Assembly: GCA_973895155.1 (NCBI GenBank)
Contig: OZ316896.1
Location: 15,311,519-15,375,518, forward strand
DNA length: 64,000 nucleotides
Reading direction: 5' to 3'
From: Marsupella aquatica
Taxonomy: Eukaryota; Plantae; Marchantiophyta
Shown here: piece after piece, positions 27,320-41,445 of the stretch
Position numbering within the stretch: position 1 is the first letter of the stretch
Layout of the letters: every line of letters starts with the position of its first letter
The notes under the pieces: generated by a model
The model's database searches: none
The model's input: the letters and a program-made list of their open reading frames with translations, nothing else
What the model was told of the DNA's origin: nothing
Position numbers and translations under genes: made by a program

Positions 27320-28365
27320 AAGAACACTTCCTACAGGTTATCTTCCATTTGTTTGCCAGGAATGAAGAGAGCCTTCCTAGAATGAGTCCAGGGATTTTAA
27401 TATTGGATGAGTGTATTTTTGGAAGGTACTCAACGCTGGTTTCTTTTCTAACCTTTGTGCTCTTAAGTGGAACGTAGGAGATGGGATGTGCACTACCTGT
27501 ATGGAGCACATAGAAATTATGGAACACATGTTCTTTGAATGCCCCAGATTGAGACCTTGCTGGAATCAACTTGAACACATCGTCGAGGGAACTGGGCTGC
27601 ACAAAGCCAGTGGCTGTTCTTTTTTCGGAAAGATGGACACTGCCATTCGGTCACAAAAGCAAAACCCCTGCTATCTCTTGCTGATTCATCAGATGATCAG
27701 CAGAATTTGGATGGAGAGACGACAACGCACTTACCATGCCAACGCCACCCGTTTCCCCCTGCAACTCATCTTGCACGGGACTGCGGTGACTGTCCACACC
27801 ACACTCCAACGTACCAGAAGCGGTTCTAAGGCTCCGCACCTACACAGGATTTTTAATTGAGCTATCTCTGATGACTGACAGATCTGCGACAAGAAATCGC
27901 ACCCCACGCGTTATCATTTCTGATGGTTGATTTTAGAAGTAAGTATAGCACTCAAGTATGATCAACTGCTTAGAGAGACACAAGACTGAATGGACTGACT
28001 TTCACCCCCTTGTGAATGAGAGACTCAGGTCCAACTGTGATAGATACTATAGATGCTTGGGGGTGTGGACTACTGATCTGAAAGTGTGGCTTAGCCAGTG
28101 ACTCAGGTTATGACTGTGAAATGCTGGTTGATCTTGATCCACTCTTGGCCCGAGTTGTGTTAGTTGGTTCCCGGTTGACTGGTGGCTGTTTTGCTCCCCG
28201 CTGCAGCACTTGGGTGTCTCTTGCACTGGTCCTCCGGGTTTCTGTGGCTTGTGTGTGGCCCTTTGGGCTTGTTGTTCTCTGTGCCGATGGTTTTCACCAC
28301 GGTTTCTTTGAATGTCAATGTGCCCATAGTCGCTCCTTTATTTTAAATAAATATATATATATTAG
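27320..28365 (+). mobile_element. 5'-truncated LINE (L1-like) remnant: zf-RVT domain plus 3' UTR
   Basis: FWKVL...GDGMCTTC...EIMEHMFFECP...W...RIWMERR motif, ending in AATAAA and (AT)n at ~28346-28362. Confidence 0.8.
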
Positions 28366-29920
28366 ATGAGTGCAATAGAATAAGTTGTCAAACAGCGGTG
28401 TTATTATGTCTATTGATAATCCCTCCCAAATGGCTACCCCTTCTTGTTCAGTTGAACTGTAATTTCATCATCCACTCAGTGGGAGAGCAATAGAGCTCTA
28501 TGTACTTTAATGACAACTACCATTTCAAGTGTTCTATGTCACTAACTTGTTAATGATAGAACTCGTGATGAAGCCCAGAACTTTGATATTTGATACAACT
28601 CAATACTTAGGTAGGACAAAGATTAGTGATCCTTTTCAAAGTACTTCAAACTTTGATTCCCTCAACGTTTGTTATTGGACGCATCCTTTGATTAGTTTCG
28701 TATGCTTGGTCTTTCATCAGCATTATGTAAGTTGGACACTCCATCCTGAGTTCATTCTGAGTCCAGGATGGATGGAAAAAATGGTGCTGTCAACTGTGGA
28801 AAGTACTCTAAAGACTAAGTGTGAGATAAGAGATACTAACAAATTGGTTTTCTCTCTTTCTACAAACTACGTCACAATGTGTTATACAATTCAGGTCTTC
28901 ACGAAAGGAGACGCTCATCAGGGACGTGCAGCTGCGTGAATGAAAAACAATCAGTAGTGCTTGCTTCAACACAATTAAAAGTGAACATCTTCACCAACAA
29001 TACCAATATCACACTGGCAGCATAATCTGTCCTCTTGGTCAGTCCTTCCTCCCTGATATATCAGTAAAGTGTGCGCCAGCTTCAACTTGGAGGTTACCGG
29101 TTACAGTGTGAAGCGTAGTATTTACTGTCCTGTTTTGGAAAGCAACAGAGGCTCAACAAACGAACACAATACCTGAAGAATTGCTTTGACCAAACTTTAG
29201 AGTTAACTGAAACTACAAGAAGGAGTTTGAGCTGGGCTGAAGAAAGGGAAAGATAAGCAGCAGGGTTCCAATGCAGAAGCTCAAGTGTATACGTGACCTA
29301 AAATTGAATAGGCCTTGCTGTCTCTCCCACTCATTCACAAGGGGCGTTTCGGATCTAGATAAGCAAGCGTGGTCCTTGTGAGCGCGAAGATTTTCCTCAG
29401 AACCGGGAGCAGAGTAAAGAGACCTACCCCTTCCTCGGCAATAAACTGTAAGAGAGAGGAGAAGAATTGCACAAGATGGAGCTCAAGCAAAGGGCCAGGT
29501 TAATCCACACAAAGGAACAAACAAATCAATCATCCTTGAGTACCTTCAAGGTTGAAAGCAGGGGAAGGAAGAGTAACCCTATTTTCCCCCTCTAATCTAG
29601 CAAGTCTCTTTCCACAGTTGCACATCAGGAAGAAAAAACCAGTAATAAAAACTCGATCCTACAATTAACGATTCAGAAGCTCCACTTATGCCTCTACTCT
29701 TTTATTATTTTGATGGTAACATGCATGTGCAAACTGAAGGTTTTTGCACCCAGCGAACACTAAATATCGCAATCATCCAATCTTGTAACCAGTCTTAAGA
29801 CTATGAAGCAGGGTTCGATGACATTCGAGAATCTCTCCTGCTCACTGAGCACGTCAATATTTTACAATTTTCCGAAACGTCAAAACCAAAATGATGGGAT
29901 AGACAAATTGGACCATCGAC

Positions 29921-30229
29921 TCATTGTCTCCTCCCACGGCTTTTCTTAGCTGGTTGTTGCACCACCGGAGGCTGTGGTACTTCCTCCAACACTTCAGCGT
30001 CAGGTCCTCGAGCCATCAAAGTGAAGAACAAGTTGTTCAGCTTCTCCATCTTCTTCGCATCCTGAGCTTGATCTGTCGCGAACTTCAGGCAGACGCGATC
30101 ATCGGTAACTTTGAGGACCAATTTCCCATCGCAGTGCCTGTACTTCATCACATAGCGGGTGGCCACGGGATCGGCACGGAAGAGAAGTAAAGCCCGCTCC
30201 GAAAAGTCGTCCCACGATTCAATGTACAT
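29921..30229 (-). CDS. SRP9: Signal recognition particle 9 kDa protein (102 aa, CDS without introns)
   Basis: MYIESWDDFSERALLLFRADPVATRYVMKYRHCDGKLVLKVTDDRVCLKFATDQAQDAKKMEKLNNLFFTLM is the canonical plant SRP9 sequence. Confidence 0.95.
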   Translation of the reverse strand: MYIESWDDFSERALLLFRADPVATRYVMKYRHCDGKLVLKVTDDRVCLKFATDQAQDAKKMEKLNNLFFTLMARGPDAEVLEEVPQPPVVQQPAKKSRGRRQ

Positions 30230-30700
30230 CGTGCACAGCCTGTCCCTAGCTTCGGTCAACCCCGTCTCCTGCAGGCAGGCTCTATGAATCCGTCGCAGAT
30301 GAACAACAACGATAAACGGATTGATCGATCTGCAGATTTCCAGTGGAGAACATACGCTCGTGAATAGATTGGCTTTCTCACCGTTTACACCATTTCTCTC
30401 CGTTCCATATTCGGACACGGAGGAAATCATACAGCCATCCCGCTTTTCTACAGAGGAAATCTCCGCAGGTGAGAGAGCCTTTAAAGGGTTGACGCAGATC
30501 GAGCTTCCTTGGCAGCTAAACAAATAAACCCTAGCGGCAGATTAAAAAATCTACAATGGAAATCTACAATTAGGGGGAGTCAATTAGGTGTTGGAAATCT
30601 ACAATGAATTTCTACAATTAGGGGGTGTCAATTAGGGGTTGGAAATCTACATTTAGGGGGTGTCAATTGGGGGGTGGTCAAAGATGCTCCCTGCACCTGA

Positions 30701-30757
30701 CTAGGGAAATCTGTTCTACGTTAGGACAGGACACTGACGTAGAACAGATGCTCCTAG
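30701..30757. repeat. Inverted repeat/hairpin upstream of SRP9
   Basis: ATCTGTTCTACGT ... ACGTAGAACAGAT forms a perfect 13-bp stem, extended by CTAGG/CCTAG. Confidence 0.7.
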
Positions 30758-32526
30758 TGGACTGGAGTATGGCAAATTTTGCGCTTCACTAACAGTTTTA
30801 GCGACTTTAGGTGAGAATTAGGGAGTGTTTTTTGTCTACTTGACATAAAACTCTTTTGTCTCTTTGGACCACGTTTTCTTTCCTTTTCATTTGTACTTTC
30901 TGTTTTTCCTGGTTTATAAACTTAGGTGGAATTCATTTTTGTCTCTGGTGGTTCTCGTTAGATGTAGGGATATCTAATGGTCCAGAAATTAATCTAAGAT
31001 GATAATATTATGTAAGGAAAATTTTGAAAATCTTTTACTTCACACCTCCTGACATTTGCCACTCTGGAAAAGAAAGGAAAAGAAATACTAGGGCTGCATA
31101 GTACGGGGTTGGTTGACTGTGGAGCACTCTGAGGGCTAGAGGGGCTGGGGTTGCAGGAAAATGTCCATGGGCTAGGGGCCAGCAAGTCCCTTCAAAAGGA
31201 AGGGCCCCGTCATGGCTTTTTTCCCTGGAGAGCCCCATCAAGCCATGAAGTCTTTTTCTCACATTGGCAACCTAGAAAAAAACAATTCAGTTGGGCCCAG
31301 AGTGTGATATAATGCCCCCAAATTGAGGACTCTAGCCTAAATTTTGAGTGGACATAATGGCCCCACAATGGCCATAATTAAAAAGTTAATTTGCAAAAAT
31401 TCAAAAACAAAAAAAGTGAATTAAGGGTCATCCTCCAGTGTAAGGAAGAAGAAGAATGAATTAAAATGCCAGGAGTTTAGGCCATTTCTTTGTTTTACAC
31501 AGTAATAATGCGTTTATACTTCGAGTTACATACGCCGATGAGTTTGCAAAATTCAAACTCATGGAAGTCTTTACGTATGAAAGAAAAGTAGCACGAGAAA
31601 ATTCTTGAAGGGATATCAGTATGAGAAAGGTGCGAGAATTATGTACTGGATCAAAAACTACTCTAATGAGAATGGAGGAGGAGGAAACGTTCGGCCCAAG
31701 AATGACCTGCACGCCTAAAAAGACCCCACAGTCTCCAGAGGATTTCCTGAGTTGCGCATTCGATTGGACTATCAGTGCATTGGGATGCAAGTAATTCGCT
31801 TCTTTTTAGGAAACAGCAATGGAAGAAACCATCAGAGCGGGAACCCAATGTCACATAATGGTGTTTGCATTTGTAGAGGCCTGACTAGACGAGAGAGACA
31901 CCATTGCGTCACACTCAATTGAAGTGACCCACAGAGCCTCCAACGAGAAAGGTTTTATTTCTTTTCTTTGTTTCTTAAGGGCGAGGTATTCTGGATTTAC
32001 GAGGTGTAGAGTACACTGAAAATTGGAGGACAAAGATGAAAGGCAGGGAAGTTGCTTGGCGCTGGCTGCAGAAGATGGTGGAGCGGCGCTTTGAAGGACT
32101 ACCACGCAGGGCCTTTCTCAATTCTCTGTCCCAAAGCCTTCAGTGAGTGATCTCCTTGGGGCTTAATGCTTGTTCGCTTGTTCTTCTGGGCCCTTCTTTC
32201 CTAGATCACTATTCGCCGCACATCTGGTTTCATCTCAAAATTCAGTTGCTCTGTTCTGCACAGGAAGAAGGTGTAGATTAGTATTTGAAATCTGATCTGA
32301 ATGTCGTTCACCTGTCTGGACTCTTATAAGTGACACTCGGGCGCTCCTCTTATTCGAGTCCTGTCCTTGCCGACGAATTTCTGTCTCCGGAGTCTTCTCA
32401 GTGTGTAGACTGCTAAATGTGTACCAAGTTTGAGCTACAAACTCCCTTGGAAAGAACGCCTCCTCATTTACAAGATAAATTTGCGATTGGTCTGGCCTTG
32501 TGTGGTATGGTCGTAAGCTGTTTCAG

Positions 32527-34384
32527 ATGTATGTACAGAAGTTCGTTATTTTCTAGGACAAAGCGTTTATTATCGGAAAAGCATTGTCTCTGTAAGCAGG
32601 GAATATCCGCAGCTCAGAGGGAGGGAACAAGTGGTGAGTGACCGAATCGAAGAGCTCTGCAACCAAGGCATCCAACGCCACTCTAGTCTTGCTATAGACA
32701 GTCGGGCTCAAATCCATCTGCAAGTATGACATTTTGTAACGCTTTGACTTGCTCCTTGTCAATTTTTAAACCTCATTTGATTCAAAACTCTTATTATCCT
32801 AAACCTTTGTCGGTTGAGATGTCTCGAAACTTTGAGTTCTCTCTTGAATGGTTACCACGACCCTCAACAACAATTTGAACTAATCTAAAGCAGAAGGGTG
32901 GCAGAAGCCACAGTGCTGCAAGCAAAAAGTGGGATGTAATCGAAACCACAATTTTGTAACTTGAAACAGCGCAAGTCTACATACAAGGAGCCAAACGTTG
33001 TTTGGGATCAGTGAACATCTCAATAGCAAGATATATCGACATTCCAGTGTGAATTTGGGAATGCAGATGGCGTGTTTGGTTCAGGCCTCTTATAAGACGC
33101 TCCTGCCATGGCTGGGGAATGATCGAGAGAAAGTAATCGAGATAATCAGGAAGCCTGTTGGAGAGAGCGCAGCAGGGCCCGTGGGCTTTGCTCAGAGATT
33201 TGTGCTCTTTTTCCATTTGAACAAATTTAAATTTGTTTCCAACTCTTTGAAGCTCATGGAAGCAGACTTTGGTAGGGCCTTCACTCTTTCACACCAAGTC
33301 AGCCCGGGGTAAGAGCCGACCACTCTCCATGCAGATGCTCCTCTTGAGGATCCAGCACTCTCTACAGGATCTCAGGATTCCCTTTCCAAATTTTCTGGTG
33401 GATGATTTATTCCTCGTGAATTTCAGTTTTACCCAGGTCGAGTGTTTCATGGGCTTAAAATGGGGCTCTTACTTGTTCTTTTCGTCCTTTATGTAGGGTT
33501 CAATTACTTCAGGTGTTACTGTAATCCAATACAATGTCTTCAATGTCCAGATATCACACATTGTGGGACTGGCTTTTAACTGAACCTAAACGAATTATGT
33601 CTTTACAAAGGCTCTTTCTGCAGTTCCTAGTCGGTTGCTGACCTCCTACGTTTTGGCAGCATACACAAAGTGCGTGTGAGTAGATGCTTATATCATTCAG
33701 TGTTTAGTGCTGAAGACCTTCCCGAATTGACTCCTATTTTCTGTGCACTGGACAGAATGTGGTATGTCTGCTATCCTATCCACTGCAATTCTATCTTAGC
33801 AAATTTGCCAGTGCTCTTCTGAATCCCATCATTATTTCTTTTGTAACATGGAGTTTCATGCCATAACTGCCCGCTCCAGCCTCTATTCATCCACAACTCC
33901 TGATACTTTTATGAATCTTTGTGTAGTGGAGTGTGGTTGCTGGTGCTATTTTCAAGTATACTGTATTTATCTCTTCTCTATGTTGGGTGAACTTTGAAGA
34001 TGTTGCTCTTCTACCACTCTTGACGTTGTTATTCATGCATCAAACGTTACAGGCATTGTCAACTCGTCCAACTCACGTTTCTAGAGCGGAAGGTCATTGT
34101 GTATTGTACTCATTGAGGATCCAAAGTACCTGTTTTAACCTTCTGAACATTTTCTATTCCGTTGGTGTCATTAGTGTTGATTCTGACCTCGTGTGGGGTT
34201 CCTTGCTAGGTTTGACCAACTACGACCTCAGAAACACGGGGTAGAGTTTTTGAGGCCATCCACACTGGCAAATGGTGATGCTGAGTGTGAGTTCATTGTG
34301 AAGAAGGCTTGTCTGAAAGAAGACCCCAAACAACGTATGTCTGAGAATGGTCTCTCTACCATTCTCGACAAGCTTCGGATGTAA
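32527..34384 (+). CDS. ATC-hydrolase-like protein (L-2-amino-thiazoline-4-carboxylic acid hydrolase family), at least 4 exons, N-terminus unresolved
   Basis: Exons ~32527-32723, 33067-33308, 33660-33761 and 34210-34384 (GT-AG introns) splice in frame to ...AIDSRAQIHLQ|MACLVQASY...DFGRAFTL...RVSRCLYHSVFSAEDLPELTPIFCALDRMW|FDQLRPQKHGVEFLRPSTLANGDAECEF. This gives the RC.YH / PELTP.FC..D / R..TLA.G...C.F signature. Confidence 0.7.
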
Positions 34385-35535
34385 ACCTGAAATTCGTTGG
34401 AGGATCACTTTTATTCAATTGTGGTGGCAGACCAAGGTTCCGTACTCCATTAAGTTAGTGCGCATAAGAATCCTCAGAAGTATACAACAGCTTACAGTAG
34501 ACACAGGACCCGATAATAGCCGTGGCTCTCAAATTCCACTAGGAAGCTCAGGCGCATGTAAAGAAATCACTAGCACCGCACCAGTGATGAGACTTCAAAT
34601 CTGTACATAGTAACACAAGACGGCACAATTATTACCGGTTTGCTTGCTTCTTAATTGCGGCACATAATGTTTAATGAAGTCTCAAGAGGAGCGTTAGTAA
34701 GGTGCAACGGTTGCGGTACTGTCGTTTACACTCTTGATATCATATCAATGTGGGTTATCTTGGCGAGTGCAAACGCGAGGCTGCACCAAATGGAGCTAAT
34801 AGAAGGAGCCAATGCACTCGTGATAAACTGGCTTCCATGTGTTTCAATTAACAGAAGCATCAAACTGATATACCCGTCAACGGCTCACAAGAGACCTGGA
34901 GAGCCCACTCACATCAAATTGTTAAAAGTCAACCCGTGAAACGTGCCCACAACTAAGATGAGTATTTATGTAAAAAGAAGGGACGGAAGGAAAATCTATT
35001 GTACTGATCTCTGCAGTTAGTGCCCCCACTGAAATAATCAAGCAAAAACCACATTCATACGTCCACAAAGTTCTAAGAATGACACCACCGTAAAAAGTCT
35101 TCCACACCAATCCAGAATCCTTCGAGTCTAATAAAGCATTCCACTGCGCATAGTGTAGGCTACATGAGACCAACTTGAGACCAGATGAGAACACACAGAG
35201 ATGGGCTGATGCAATAAAGAAGATGCAGAAAACATGGCGTGTGAATTGAAATCTGTGGCACAGGTGAGATGAAAAAAATCCTGGCCAGCATTCGAGCACT
35301 ACTAACCTTTTTCATTTTCTCATGTAGGTCAACTAATGTGCACTGTACTTTTTAAGTGTACATCAATCTCACTACATTTCTCTCTATTTCCTCCCCAGGT
35401 ATAATAGTCAGGGTAACGACCTAATGTACAAGACTGATGGGCTGACCTGGAAATACTGGAGCAATTAGCACATGCAATCCATAATCGAAGCCAATCTTAA
35501 CCTACTGAATGACACCAAATTCCAGTTAGAGAACC

Positions 35536-38551
<3,016 letters not shown>

Positions 38552-38814
38552 TACGATGGCCGTTTCTCAAGCTCCTCTCCTCCCGAGTCTAGATGCTTAT
38601 TCTTCCTGCAGTGAGCTATCACCTCCGCTGCTGGTCTCGATAGTCGACGACACTTCTATGCTGCGGAGGTTCGCGTTCTCGTAGCTCCTCCTCCTCCGCC
38701 ACCGGAAAATCTCCGCAACATTTCGCGTTTCGCGCCTACCGAAGAGTCCGTAGTGTATTGTTGTTTGTTGTGTAAAACAAACCTTGACGATCGACAAACT
38801 GCGTAAATTGTTCT

Positions 38815-39280
38815 GTCGTCGTCGTCGTCCACTCGCTTTTCGCAATGGAGAAGGAGGATCGGACCGGAGCTGACCCGAGCCAAAGAGCCGAGGCTCGTCG
38901 TCGTTGTTCACTCGCTTTTTGGAATGGAGAAGGAGGAGCGGACCGGATCTGAGCCGAGCCAAAGAGCCGAGGCTCGTCGTGGTCGTCCACTCGCTTTTTG
39001 CAATGGAGAAGATGGTGCGGACCGGAGCTGAGCCGAGCCAAAGAGCCTAGGCTCGTCGTCGTTGTCCACTCGCTTTTTGGAATGGAGAAGGAGGAGCGGA
39101 TCGGAGCTGAGCCAAGCCAAAGAGCCTAGGCTCGTTGTTGTTGTCCACTCAATTTTTGGAATGGAGAAGGAGGAGCGGACCGGAGCTGAGCCGAGCCAAA
39201 GAGCCAAGTCTCGTTGTGGTCGTCCACTCGTTTCTTGCAATGGAGAAGAAGGTGCGGACTGGAGCTGAGCCGAGCCAAAG
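38815..39280. repeat. 79-bp minisatellite, 6 copies
   Basis: The CACTC anchor recurs at 38830, 38909, 38988, 39067, 39146 and 39225. Confidence 0.95.
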
Positions 39281-39346
39281 AGGCGGGGGATTGGAAGGGG
39301 AAGCCGGAAACAAGGATGAGACTCTTTCTCTCATCGTTGTGGAGTA

Positions 39347-39461
39347 AATAATAGTTTAAGTACCTAATTTGAAGGAAAAAGGACCAATTTACTAAAACTA
39401 TTATTCATTATGTCGCCTTCAAATTGAGCAAAATTAATAACTTGCCCCCTAAACTAGTTTT
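39347..39461 (+). repeat. Dispersed AT-rich repeat (TE end or MITE part), second copy at 59555-59668
   Basis: AATAATAGTTT..ATTTGAA..ACCAATTTACTAAAA..AAATTAATAACTTGCCCCCTAAACTAGTTTT is shared by both loci. Confidence 0.75.
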
Positions 39462-40180
39462 AATTACTATATTTCCCCCTTGCAATGAATTAGATGGCCA
39501 GATATTAGTTGGAATGTGAGGCTAAGATTAATGCATGGGGAAGCTTACTAATTTGGGGGGGGGGGGGGGGGGGGCAACCTAAGAAGATTGTGCAGTTTTG
39601 ATGGAAAACATAGTAAGAAACAGTTTACTACAAAGGGCGGAGTACCAGGCCCGTGACCAAAATTATTTGGTCCTCATAAGCTGAAAATGTCATTTTCAGT
39701 GGACTTCTTTGGTGTTAGGTCTATGGAATGACTTCCATTCTCCATTAACTAGAGGAGTTGGGTTCAGTCTTTTACCATGTATATAACCTATTACATTTCC
39801 ATATAGTATTGCTATAAGAGTATCATGACACTGGAAAGTTCCTATGTCTATTCAAGTAGCTACATCAAATATTTGAACCCTCAGGTCCCAGCCAGGTTTT
39901 GTGTAAGGAATCCCTTAACAATGAGATTGTTGAGGGGAAAACTCCTGACCATGTTTAACTTAGGTTGACTCTTACTAGTTGTTAAATAAACAGCGTGGCA
40001 TTTTCATCATTTTAGAGAAACATATGGCAATGTAACTAATCTCATATAATATAATCATTGTAAGTAGATATGTAGCATAATATGTTAGGCTTGTATTTGT
40101 AGCTTGATATTGAAGACCAAAATGACAAAAAACGTGTGTCTGCTGCAACTTTGTCATCCACTAGTCCACTAACAATTAAC

Positions 40181-41445
40181 TCCTATAATACACCGTTGCG
40201 TTACTTTTTGAAATGGTTGTCATTCAAATTTTGAGAGGCTTTTTGAGTGAAAGAAAAGGGAACTGTAAAAAGAGAAAGGAATAAGAGAAAATCATTATGT
40301 AAAAGTCTTCCCCTTTGCCATCCATGCTACCCATGCTCCTCCCTCTACCATCCATGCCAATCATGCATACAAAATGCTCCTCCCTCTACCATCCATCCCA
40401 TACTATGCCCTGTTGAGCATAGACGACATTCGTAACAGCAAGCCCATGAACCATCCAACGCACAATAGTCGACACAGAGAGATACGTGGTTCACCTCCAC
40501 ATGAGGCTACGTCCATGGGAACACATGAGCCATACCAAGCATCCACAGCACAAGCTCTCCCTATCTCTCAACTAGCTCCGTAACAATGAGCCTAAGTTCC
40601 ACCAGGGTCTGGCATCAGCCCTGGATTTATGTACAACAGCACTACCGCTAACATTAGCTAAGTCCTAACCCGAGTTAGACTAACTGTGGTTAGCTCATGA
40701 GTCACAAAACTAGAGCAATATCTAACATGCCCCATGTCATATCATCCATGCAAAGAGTAAAATATCATGAGAAGAATTTAATGACATATATTTTACATAA
40801 TCAAGAAAATAGTGCACAATCTAATCAATGAGACGAAGACAAGACAAGAAAAATAGTGAAAAGGAGGAAGGTTTTAAAAGATATAAATTAAAAGACAAAA
40901 AAATCATTTTCATCTTGTTGTACTTTGGTGGTGGTTGTTGCCTCTGAGCTTTGTGTCATGACATCTTTCACTCGACAATTTTTTACGCAATGAGATCTTT
41001 CTAACAAAGATATATTTCTCACCATGATATTTTTCAACTACATCTTTAGCACAACGTCATCTATTACGCATTGACATCTTTTGCTGAACGATATCTTTAG
41101 TCAACTACATCTTTTGTGCAACGACATCTTTCGAGCAACCACATATTTTACTTAACGATATCTTTTATTTAACAATATTGTAAATGCAATGACGTGTTTA
41201 CACAACAACATCTTTTGTGCAACAGAGACTTGGCAACATATATGGCTAACAAACATCATTTTACTTATGGACCGTATTGTACTTATTAACAACAACTTTA
41301 TACTTAACAACATCTTTTCTCTTAACGACATCTTGGGCGTAGTGACATCTTTTGTCTCAACTACATTGCAACATGACATCTTTTCTCTTAACGACATCTT
41401 GGGCATCATGACATCTTTTGTGCAACGCACGGGTATTGAGATTGT
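40181..41445 (+). mobile_element. Non-autonomous Helitron (same family) interrupted by a solo LTR
   Basis: 5' TCCTATAATA..., body homologous to 25800-26740, and 3' GTGCAACGCACGGGTATTGAG with the terminal CTAG mutated. Confidence 0.75.
40411..40727 (+). mobile_element. Solo LTR (family A), copy 4, nested in the Helitron
   Basis: TGTTGAG...TCTAACA termini with a perfect TSD (TGCCC). Confidence 0.9.

Noticed and set aside
30230-30523. 98-aa N-terminal extension of SRP9 shown in the ORF track
   Set aside because: It has a non-ATG start and SRP9 similarity begins at the Met at 30229, so the region is probably UTR or intron.
38815-39280. CRISPR array, or protein-coding ORFs over the 79-bp repeat
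   Set aside because: The whole unit is repeated with no unique spacers, and the ORFs are by-products of a stop-poor GC-rich repeat.
39555-39574. G20 tract as a regulatory G-quadruplex
   Set aside because: An isolated homopolymer in repeat-derived DNA, with unreliable length and no supporting context.
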